Source: Candidatus Woesearchaeota archaeon
Lineage (GTDB): Archaea; Nanobdellota; Nanobdellia; Woesearchaeales; UBA583
Length of the DNA: 64,000 nt
NCBI GenBank assembly: GCA_965205335.1
Contig: OZ242164.1
Location: forward strand, 768,001-832,000
Direction of reading: 5' to 3'
Shown: one piece after another, positions 1 through 8,066 of the stretch
Position numbering within the stretch: position 1 is the stretch's first letter
Layout of the letters: each line of letters begins with the position of its first letter
Translations under genes and position numbers: made by a program
Notes under the pieces: generated by a model
Seen by the model: only the letters and a program-made list of their open reading frames with translations
What the model was told of the DNA's origin: nothing
Databases searched by the model: none

Positions 1-459
1 AGTGCAGGATTTAAATATAATAAATGGGAAATTCAGGGAATCCCCATAAGAATTGAGATAGGTCCAAGAGATATTGAAAATAGGAAATGTGTTGTAGTTA
101 GAAGAGATAATTCAGAGAAAATACAATTGGATTTACATGATAAAAATATAACTAAGAGATTTGATGAAATAATTAAAACTATGCATAATGAAATGTATGC
201 AAGAGCTCAGAAATCAATGGAAGATGTAACAGTTGAAGTAGATAATTTTGAAGACTTCAAAAAGGCGATTAATCAGAAGAAAAGATGCCTTGTCCCATGG
301 AAAGAAGATGTGCAAATGGAAGATGAGATAAAAGATAAAACAGGTGCAAGTTCAAGTTGTATCCCATTTGCCTTTAAGAAGAGAAGCCTTAAAGGAGTTA
401 AGTGTTTTTACAGTGGAGAGAATGCAACATGTTTCTCTTATTTCTGCAAATCTCATTAA
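1..459 (+). CDS. proS: Prolyl-tRNA synthetase, archaeal/eukaryotic type (3' part; start lies outside the window)
   Basis: Frame 1 reads SAGFKYNKWEIQGIPIRIEIGPRD (anticodon-binding domain), followed by a C-terminal domain with EIKDKTGA..CIPF..KCFYSG. Confidence 0.93.
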   Translation, partial: SAGFKYNKWEIQGIPIRIEIGPRDIENRKCVVVRRDNSEKIQLDLHDKNITKRFDEIIKTMHNEMYARAQKSMEDVTVEVDNFEDFKKAINQKKRCLVPWKEDVQMEDEIKDKTGASSSCIPFAFKKRSLKGVKCFYSGENATCFSYFCKSH

Positions 460-776
460 TTTTTATCTAATTCCATATATTTCTCTTGAGTTTCTCTGAA
501 AATCTTTAATGCCTCAGAACCTTTCTTTGTTATCGAATAACCTATATGAGCTCTCTTTCCAGATTTCACAATATCATTTTTAATGAGATTATTTTCAATT
601 AACTCTTCTCTTGACTCATTTATTGTTCTTGAAGAATAATACTTTCCAGTTCTTGGATTTTTTAATTTCTTGAAATCATCAAACCTCAAAGGTGTTTTAT
701 TTCCATCTAAAACTTTTAAAATTTCAAGATTGCTCTTTGAAGTCAGAAAAACAATGCTTCTATCTTTTTTACTCAT
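456..776 (-). CDS. Winged helix-turn-helix transcriptional regulator (HxlR/ArsR-like)
   Basis: 106 aa with LEILKVL..LRF..SSRTIN..L....LI..YSITKKG, a wHTH pattern. Confidence 0.7.
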   Translation of the reverse strand: MSKKDRSIVFLTSKSNLEILKVLDGNKTPLRFDDFKKLKNPRTGKYYSSRTINESREELIENNLIKNDIVKSGKRAHIGYSITKKGSEALKIFRETQEKYMELDKN

Positions 777-875
777 AACAGCAAATGGGTTTTCTCTAAT
801 ATATACTTTGATTTTTATAAAGAAACTCTAATTTATATTAATAAACTTCATAAATATTCAAGGATTTCATATTAT

Positions 876-1040
876 ATGAACCTTAAAAATGATTTCATTA
901 AACTATTAGAAGAAGATTACGGGTTTAGATGTGATGTTAAAAGAATACTTGACATAGATGAAATTGAATCAAAAATTGAATTTCAAACATTCAAACTACT
1001 CTCATCCTTCTCTCTTATCTCGCAAGAGGCTTTATTATAA
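876..1040 (+). CDS. Small hypothetical ORF (54 aa), possibly a truncated gene remnant
   Basis: Own translation MNLKNDFIKLLEEDYGFRCDVKRILDIDEIESKIEFQ...; divergent from the wHTH gene, and its 3' end overlaps the nuclease gene. Confidence 0.35.
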   Translation: MNLKNDFIKLLEEDYGFRCDVKRILDIDEIESKIEFQTFKLLSSFSLISQEALL

Positions 1041-2383
1041 TTTTTCTCCTTAACAAACTCCGGTCTTGTTATTGTAGCTCTATCTCCTTCAAATTCCATA
1101 ACATCTCCGATGAGAGGCAAAAACACATTAGTATTTGGAAGATTTTCTCTTGCAAACCTCTGGGACTCACACAGAGCATCAAGATCTCCATGCTGTAAAA
1201 TCAGATTCTTTGGCTGGATTGAACACATCATCTTCCGAATAGATGTTTGACCATAATGTGCGGAAAAATCAAACTTTCGGACATGGCACTTAACGGGAAC
1301 TCTATGATGATGAGAATAAAACAAATGATCCTCAAAAATGAATCTTCCATTAGTTCCCTTTGCCTGAAAGCCAGTTAAAATAATAAAATTATCCTTTTGG
1401 GAAATATAATGCTCGCAATACCTCATAACAGGACCTCCCTGAACCATCCCCGAAGTTGAAACAATAACAACCCCTTTCTTTCTTGCAATCTCATCTCTCT
1501 CCTTTGGATGCTTAATCATAATCACCCTATGTAACATTGAACTGAGCAAATCTCTATTATCAATATAAGGATCATCAGACTCTATAATCATACTTGTTAA
1601 CTTTCTTGCCATACCGTCAAGATAAATAGGAATCTTTTCATCAAGCTTTGATAAAATAATTAAAATCTCCTGAGACCTTCCAACTCCAAAAACAGGAATT
1701 AATGCAGAACCTCCCAAACTTATACATGTATGAATTGAATCAAGAAGTCCCTGTTCTGATTCCCTCTTATCAGGATGAGGTCTGTCTCCATATGTATTCT
1801 CTGTAATCAGAATATCAATATCACATATACTCTCTAACTCTGAAGATATCATCAAATTAGTATCTTCTGTATTAATATCTGATGTATAAAGCAATTTCTT
1901 CCCCTCAAGTTCAAGAAGAATAGAAGACCCTCCAGGAATATGCCCTGAATTCAAATACGTAAACTTAACCTTCCCATCATGCGTCTCATACTGCTTATCA
2001 TATTTCACATACCTCAAATCATCCTTTACCTTTCCAATATCACGTTCAGCATACGCAGGATGCAAATGCTTCAACCTTTCAATATGATAATTATCCTCTA
2101 AAAGCAAATTAGTTATCTTCCATGTAAGAGGAGTTAAATAAATAGGACACCTTAAATTTTTATGTTCAAGCATTGGAAGACCCCCACTATGATCCAAATG
2201 AGCATGAGACAAAAACACACCGCTTAACTCATACACCTTATCCAAATACTTAGGATACTCTGCTCCCTTTGATGTAAACTTAATCCCAACATCTATAATA
2301 TATCTTCTGCCTTCCGTTATTACCTCAACACATGATTTCCCAACTTCACCTGCCCCTCCGTGAAATATGATTTTCATAAACAT
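983..2383 (-). CDS. MBL-fold beta-CASP ribonuclease (aCPSF/Ysh1-like)
   Basis: Motifs GGAGEVGKSC, SHAHLDHSG, GHIPG, ENTYG, GRSQE and DFSAH. Confidence 0.9.
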   Translation of the reverse strand: MFMKIIFHGGAGEVGKSCVEVITEGRRYIIDVGIKFTSKGAEYPKYLDKVYELSGVFLSHAHLDHSGGLPMLEHKNLRCPIYLTPLTWKITNLLLEDNYHIERLKHLHPAYAERDIGKVKDDLRYVKYDKQYETHDGKVKFTYLNSGHIPGGSSILLELEGKKLLYTSDINTEDTNLMISSELESICDIDILITENTYGDRPHPDKRESEQGLLDSIHTCISLGGSALIPVFGVGRSQEILIILSKLDEKIPIYLDGMARKLTSMIIESDDPYIDNRDLLSSMLHRVIMIKHPKERDEIARKKGVVIVSTSGMVQGGPVMRYCEHYISQKDNFIILTGFQAKGTNGRFIFEDHLFYSHHHRVPVKCHVRKFDFSAHYGQTSIRKMMCSIQPKNLILQHGDLDALCESQRFARENLPNTNVFLPLIGDVMEFEGDRATITRPEFVKEKNYNKASCEIREKDESSLNV

Positions 2384-2425
2384 ACCCTACAATTTATATT
2401 TATATTTATTTGTCACTAAAACATT

Positions 2426-2453
2426 CGAAGAAAACATCATTTCAAACTAAGTT
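2426..2453 (+). repeat. 28-bp direct repeat, copy 1 (CGAAGAAAACATCATTTCAAACTAAGTT), left boundary of the TA cassette
   Basis: Identical to 3023-3050. With the next 5 bases it forms a CGAAGAA...TTCTTCG inverted repeat. Confidence 0.92.
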
Positions 2454-2510
2454 CTTCGTACTTGACACAAACTTTATATACATAAGCCTATATATATATT
2501 TCAAGTAAAA

Positions 2511-2702
2511 ATGAGTGATGCTATAACTATTCCAAAAAGTGAATATAATTTTCTAAAAAAGTGTGAGAAAACCTTAAAAAGCATAAAAGAAGATGATGTA
2601 TTAAGAGAAGAAGAGATTAAACTTATTGAGGAAGCTAAAAGAAGCAAAAAACTAAGCAAAGCAGAATTTTTAAATAGATTTGACAAATTGCAAAATGCTT
2701 AA
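2511..2702 (+). CDS. Putative type II antitoxin (RelB-like, 63 aa)
   Basis: Small charged protein (ITIPKSEYNFL...EEEIKLIEEAKRS) overlapping the start of a RelE-like gene; TTTATATA box at 2473-2480. Confidence 0.7.
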   Translation: MSDAITIPKSEYNFLKKCEKTLKSIKEDDVLREEEIKLIEEAKRSKKLSKAEFLNRFDKLQNA

Positions 2703-2950
2703 AGTTCATTACAGAGAACTATTTTTTTAAAGATTTGAAAAATATTAAGGATAAATTTCTACAAAGGAAGATTGTCAAGAAAACTCTTGAATTTGAACAA
2801 GGAAGTGAGCCTTTTGGAAAAAAGTTGAAAAATGTTTCTTATTGGTCATTGAGAATTGGAGGACATAGAATTATCTTTGAGAAGAAAGGTAATGACATTG
2901 AATTTTATAGAATTCTTCCAAGAAAATTTAAGTATAGAGAGTTAAGATAA
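2695..2950 (+). pseudogene. RelE/ParE-family toxin with a +1 frameshift in a T7 run (2722-2728)
   Basis: ATG 2695 gives MLKVHYRELFF*. Removing one T joins it to KDLKNIKDK...YWSLRIGGHRIIF...ILPRKFKY, an 84-aa RelE-like protein. Confidence 0.8.
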
Positions 2951-3022
2951 TTCAGTAAAAATACATAATTACTTAGTAAATCTCAACTTCTAAAATATCA
3001 TCAGGACTAATCAAAACAAATC

Positions 3023-3050
3023 CGAAGAAAACATCATTTCAAACTAAGTT
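3023..3050 (+). repeat. 28-bp direct repeat, copy 2, right boundary of the TA cassette
   Basis: Identical to 2426-2453; both copies are followed 4 nt later by GTAC. Confidence 0.92.
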
Positions 3051-3125
3051 TCTTGTACCCAAATCCATCAAATTCTGGTTTTAATAGTGCTAATATTTAT
3101 AAAAACTATACAGTTTAAAATTTTT

Positions 3126-4760
3126 ATGAGTGATGAAAAAAAGGATAGTTTTGGAAATAAAATTATTGATATCCTTAAATCAGGAAAAGTCTGGATTTTG
3201 ATTCTTTTTATAATTATAAGTCTTTATTCTATAAACTATCAACTTAATCCAGATGGTGTTGTCATAAATGGAGTTGGCATCTCATCACCTGCTGAAAACT
3301 CAGGAATGCGTTTTGATAACAACTTAGGACTCACATCATATGAGAGAATTCTCTATTTGGACAAAAAACAAATTAACACAGTTGATGACTACTACAACTA
3401 CATAAACAACTCAGAATCTAATTCAAGTCTGACAATTAGAACGGACACAAACCCAAGCGGATACCAAATACAGATAGGCGAGATTAATAACGAAACAATT
3501 TCAGAATATATAGGCATTGCAATAAGAGATGCCCCAAAATCAAACATTAGATTAGGAATTGATTTGTTGGGGGGTTCAAGACTAATATTAGAACCTGTAG
3601 ATGAAATTACAGATTCGGATTTTGATTTACTTGAAAATACTCTTCAGTCAAGACTTGATGTTTACGGAGCATCTGGAACCAAAGTAAGTAGAATAGAAGA
3701 TACATTTTCAAGCAAGAAATTTCTAATGGTTGAAAGTAGTCATTCAAACAAAAATGACATCTTGCAATTAATTGAGAAAGAAGGAGTCTTTATTGCAAAC
3801 ATAGGCAATAAGACAGTTTTCACAGGAGACAACGTTGCTCGTGTATTTAACGACCCATCCCATCAATTCTTTGAAGGTTGCAGTGGAGATGAAAGTTCTG
3901 GTTATATCTGTACTTTCTCATTTAGTTTTCAGATTGACTCCGAAGGTGCAGATAACTTCTTTGATGTATCAAGTACTCTTGGAGTTGCAGGAGGGCATCT
4001 TTCTGAGAAACTATATTTCTATTTAGACGGAGAAGAAATTACAGACTTAAACATTGATAAAAGTTTTAAATACAGCAAAATTACAAATCCATCTATAACT
4101 ATTTCTGGAAACGTTATGCAGACAGAAGAACTTGCAATTGAAAGTGCTAAAAAAGAAATGAGATTTTTGCAGGCAATCCTATCAACTCAAAACCTCCCCT
4201 CAGAACTTGAAGTTGTTGCATCATATTCAATTACCAGTTCAACAGGGCAAAAATTACTTGATAACGCAATAATTGTTGGTTTGATTTCTTTATTAATTGT
4301 ATCAGGAATAATTGCATTGCGTTACAGAAACATTTCTATATTTATCGGGATTTTTATAGCTCTTGCAGGAGAAGTTATAATTGTTTTCGGGATTGCGGCA
4401 TTTATGAAACTAAGCATTGACTTAGCAGCCATAGGAGGACTCATTGCTGCAATTGGTACGGGAGTTGATGATCAGGTAATCATAACAGATGAATACTTTC
4501 GTGGGAAAAATTCAAAACTATCGAGCAGAAAAAGAATCAAACATGCTATCACAATAATTATGCTTGCATACTTTACTACTCTTGCAGCAATGATTCCATT
4601 GTATTTTGCAGGATTAAAAGTTCTCCAAGGATTTGCCTTTATGATTATAATAGGAGTAACAGTTGGGGTTTTAATTACAAGACCAATGTATGCAACATAC
4701 TTAAGACTTATTATGACAAGCAGGGCTCAGAGAAAAGAAGAGGAGGAAAATGATGATTAA
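3126..4760 (+). CDS. secD: Protein translocase subunit SecD (archaeal type)
   Basis: LGIDLLGGSRL motif, a large extracellular loop, and C-terminal TMs with IDLAAIGGLIAAIGTGVDDQVIITDE. Confidence 0.9.
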   Translation: MSDEKKDSFGNKIIDILKSGKVWILILFIIISLYSINYQLNPDGVVINGVGISSPAENSGMRFDNNLGLTSYERILYLDKKQINTVDDYYNYINNSESNSSLTIRTDTNPSGYQIQIGEINNETISEYIGIAIRDAPKSNIRLGIDLLGGSRLILEPVDEITDSDFDLLENTLQSRLDVYGASGTKVSRIEDTFSSKKFLMVESSHSNKNDILQLIEKEGVFIANIGNKTVFTGDNVARVFNDPSHQFFEGCSGDESSGYICTFSFSFQIDSEGADNFFDVSSTLGVAGGHLSEKLYFYLDGEEITDLNIDKSFKYSKITNPSITISGNVMQTEELAIESAKKEMRFLQAILSTQNLPSELEVVASYSITSSTGQKLLDNAIIVGLISLLIVSGIIALRYRNISIFIGIFIALAGEVIIVFGIAAFMKLSIDLAAIGGLIAAIGTGVDDQVIITDEYFRGKNSKLSSRKRIKHAITIIMLAYFTTLAAMIPLYFAGLKVLQGFAFMIIIGVTVGVLITRPMYATYLRLIMTSRAQRKEEEENDD

Positions 4761-4762
4761 AA

Positions 4763-5530
4763 GTGGCATTTGTTGATTTTCATTGTCATTTAGACTGGGA
4801 AAGTTACGATGATAAAAGATTTAAAATTGTAAAAGAAATGAAAGAAAAAGGAATTATTGCTCTAACAAACACTCTAAACCCTAAAAATTACGCACAGGTT
4901 TGTGAGATGTTTAAAGATTACGATAACATCAAAGTATGCCCTGGACTTTACCCTCAGGATAGTGAGAAAATCTCTGATACAGACTTTAAAAATTATCTCA
5001 AATTAATTGAACATAAAAAAGATGAATTCATTGCAATAGGAGAAATTGGACTTGACAGGCATCACACAACCAACCCGGATTTATGGAAAATTCAGGAAAA
5101 AAGATTTCGTGCATTAATTGAACTTGGCATTAAAATAGACAAACCTCTTATCATTCATACAAGAAAAGCCGAAGAAGTTGCATTGACGATACTAAAAGAA
5201 TACGTTGAAAAACACAATTTTCGAAAATTTAATTTACACTGTTTTAGTGGAAAGAAAAAATTAATAAAGACAATAAAAGAATTACAAATATATTGTTCAG
5301 TACCATACATTGTAAAAAACACTCAGAGTTTTCAAATCTTGGTAGAAGAACTTCCTATAACGCAGTTGCTTGTTGAAACGGACAGTCCTTTCCTGCACCC
5401 GCAGAAGATAAGAAATTCACCTCTGAGTGTGCCCTTTATATATGAAGAAATAGCAAGAATTAAGGGCTATGATAAAAAGGAAATTGAAAATATTATATAT
5501 GCAAATTTTCAGAAAATAACAATGCAATAA
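4763..5530 (+). CDS. tatD: TatD-family deoxyribonuclease
   Basis: Motifs DFHCHLD, IGEIGLD, HTRKAE, HCFSG and ETDSPF. Confidence 0.93.
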   Translation: MAFVDFHCHLDWESYDDKRFKIVKEMKEKGIIALTNTLNPKNYAQVCEMFKDYDNIKVCPGLYPQDSEKISDTDFKNYLKLIEHKKDEFIAIGEIGLDRHHTTNPDLWKIQEKRFRALIELGIKIDKPLIIHTRKAEEVALTILKEYVEKHNFRKFNLHCFSGKKKLIKTIKELQIYCSVPYIVKNTQSFQILVEELPITQLLVETDSPFLHPQKIRNSPLSVPFIYEEIARIKGYDKKEIENIIYANFQKITMQ

Positions 5531-5533
5531 AAA

Positions 5534-6268
5534 ATGTCAGAAATCAAAGTATTAACAATTCCCCTATCAAGGGAAAACAAGGATGTTAGCTACAAATATA
5601 AAAAAGTTGTAGAAGATAGAAACGAAATAATCGCAAAAAGATTTAATATGAAGCCATTAGACATTACATTAAAATTCTATTATTCAAAAGGAGAACTTGT
5701 TAGTTCACTTGGCCCAAACTATGATGGGACGGGAGTTTACGCAGGATATGTTGATGGGACAGATGAAATAATGGTTTTGCATCCTGATGCGGCGCAGGGA
5801 CTTTTAGATAACTTAGACAAGGAAATCTTAGTTCTTATTGACTATGATCTTGTAAAATTATATTTATGCAAGAAATATTATCCAAATCTAGAAGACTTCA
5901 AATTATACTATAAATATGTATCAGAATCATTAGCAACTTTTTCTGCTGGAAATTATCGTGAAAATAGCATCAAATTTGACATTAAAATGCATTTTGATGG
6001 AAAGAAATACAGAAAAGATCAGGAATTGAATTTGGTGTTTTACATCATGTTTAAGAATTCAGGACTTAGTTTTATATATGAGAATTTAGATACAATTATG
6101 TCTGATATGGATATTAAAAGAAGTATTTTTAACATTTACAAAAAATCAATAAATGACTTGTTAAAACCTGAGAAGGAAAAAGTAATTGAAGAGCAGAGAC
6201 TTAAAATGGAACTTGAAAGGGCAAAAAGAGCAGCAGCAAGAGAACAAGCAGTAAACTCAAGCAATTAA
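5534..6268 (+). CDS. Hypothetical protein (244 aa) in an operon with secD-tatD
   Basis: Long ORF starting 3 nt after the tatD stop; no motif recognised. Confidence 0.7.
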   Translation: MSEIKVLTIPLSRENKDVSYKYKKVVEDRNEIIAKRFNMKPLDITLKFYYSKGELVSSLGPNYDGTGVYAGYVDGTDEIMVLHPDAAQGLLDNLDKEILVLIDYDLVKLYLCKKYYPNLEDFKLYYKYVSESLATFSAGNYRENSIKFDIKMHFDGKKYRKDQELNLVFYIMFKNSGLSFIYENLDTIMSDMDIKRSIFNIYKKSINDLLKPEKEKVIEEQRLKMELERAKRAAAREQAVNSSN

Positions 6269-6789
6269 AATAATTTGGATATAATTGGCATATATTCTCT
6301 AAAATTAGGGGTAATCAAATGTCTTAAATAAAGGGCTTTAGTCCCTCTTGGTTGTGAAGTGTGATATCTATATAACCTGTTTGCTATGCAGTCAGCAGTA
6401 TTTACAATGGGTATGGTTTCATCTGCCTGAGGGACAGAATCAATTCGAGGCACATTCTCTAAGACAAATTCCAACCCATTTATTATCTTTTCAAGCACAC
6501 TTGTTGAAGTCTCTCCATCAGCAATTACATATTCTATATCTGAGTAAGCTCTAATTAATTCTGCATAGATTACAAAAATCACACCATTTGGTTTGAATAA
6601 TTCTTTGTGCTCTCTATGTATAATAATATATTTGAATTCCTTACTTCCTATCACTCCTTTTTGTTCTCCTTTATGTCTGATTTTTTCCATGTCTTCTTTC
6701 CTTATATATTTGTCTTTATTTGATGGTGCTCCAACAAAAATTTCAGGAAACCTGCCATGATTTGATTCATCTATTCCTAGATATCTCAT
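6265..6789 (-). CDS. RNase H-like (RNase HII-related) protein
   Basis: N-terminal YLGIDES, central IADG and PQADETIPIVNTADCIA resemble the RNase HII acidic motifs. Confidence 0.55.
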   Translation of the reverse strand: MRYLGIDESNHGRFPEIFVGAPSNKDKYIRKEDMEKIRHKGEQKGVIGSKEFKYIIIHREHKELFKPNGVIFVIYAELIRAYSDIEYVIADGETSTSVLEKIINGLEFVLENVPRIDSVPQADETIPIVNTADCIANRLYRYHTSQPRGTKALYLRHLITPNFREYMPIISKLF

Positions 6790-6952
6790 ATCATTTTCTC
6801 ACATTATAGATTTAAGTACTTTTTGGTTAATTAGTTCTTTTATAATAGTGACGCAACCAGCAAATTATAAGAACTCAAACAATAAATATAAATATCCTTT
6901 TCAATACCTTTCATACTATAATAATTGAGAAGAGATTACTTACTTATGAAAT

Positions 6953-7459
6953 ATGGAAAAGATAGACTATTATAACGAAATATCACAGGGATATGAAGAA
7001 CTTCACAAAGAAGAACAACTTGAAAAAATTGAAATAATTAAGAAATTCCTAAAACCATCCAAAACAGACAAATTACTTGATGTTGGCTGTGGAACAGGAA
7101 TAAGCACAACCCCTTGGGACTGTGAAGTTTATGGATTGGATTCATCTATAAAACTTCTTAATGAGGCTAAAAAGAAAAAGCACCCAAATGCAAAATGGAT
7201 TCTTGCAGATGCTCAGAAAATCCCTTTCAAAAGTAATTTTTTTGATTACGTAATCTCAGTTACTGCACTTGGAAATTTTGAAGACATAGACAAAGAACTT
7301 TTTGAAATAGAAAGAGTTGGAAAAAATGACTTTATTCTAACATTTCTAAAACACTCTCCAAAAAAGGAAAAAATAACTAAATTGATAAGAAGCAAATTCA
7401 AAGTACTAAAAGAATACGAGCAGAAAAACGATTTAATATTCATATGCAGAAAGAAATAG
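6953..7459 (+). CDS. Class I SAM-dependent methyltransferase
   Basis: LLDVGCGTG, GLDSS and ADAQKIPF..FDYV motifs. Confidence 0.88.
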   Translation: MEKIDYYNEISQGYEELHKEEQLEKIEIIKKFLKPSKTDKLLDVGCGTGISTTPWDCEVYGLDSSIKLLNEAKKKKHPNAKWILADAQKIPFKSNFFDYVISVTALGNFEDIDKELFEIERVGKNDFILTFLKHSPKKEKITKLIRSKFKVLKEYEQKNDLIFICRKK

Positions 7460-7465
7460 AGGGAA

Positions 7466-7807
7466 TTACTTCTCCTTGTGCTTCATAAGAACCTTAGTTT
7501 GAAGAAGTGATACAACTTCATCTAAATCCTTGTCCATTTTATCAAAATGTTCAATCACGTACAGATAAACAAAAAACAATAACAATGTCCCAACACTAAG
7601 TGATGCAATTAAAAGTTCATTTGACATTAACTTTGAGAAACTTGAATAAATTGCTATTAGAATCAGCAGAGCATAAACAATTACAGTCTTTGATAAAATC
7701 ATACTGTACTTCTCCTTGTTAAGTTTTGTCTTCTCAACAATCAGATTAATAACTGCCCCATCTAAAAGTGAGAACTCCTGAGCACTATTTTTTTTGATTA
7801 GTTGCAT
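7466..7807 (-). CDS. Small two-TM membrane protein
   Basis: 113 aa with two hydrophobic segments. Confidence 0.6.
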   Translation of the reverse strand: MQLIKKNSAQEFSLLDGAVINLIVEKTKLNKEKYSMILSKTVIVYALLILIAIYSSFSKLMSNELLIASLSVGTLLLFFVYLYVIEHFDKMDKDLDEVVSLLQTKVLMKHKEK

Positions 7808-8066
7808 ATATTTCTATTAAATTAAAATCTATATAGAGATTTGTAATTTTTATAAAGTGATGAATTCAGACAGAGTATAATCAAAAACTTAAGAAACACA
7901 TAATGATAAAAAATTAGAGTAATTGTTTTAAATTATTAAAATCTTATAAAAACATTTTACAAGAATCTTATTATCAAGCCAATTATCTCTATTTTCATCT
8001 GTATTGCAAGATGTTTACCAGTCTTAGAAGACAAAGTTTTAAAAAGGCAAAAAAAGGGAGATTTCT

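Noticed and set aside
2426-3058. Integron attC sites or CRISPR repeats flanking the TA genes
   Set aside because: The sites are too short for attC and lack RYYYAAC/GTTRRRY cores. The 569-bp interval is gene-coding, not a spacer.
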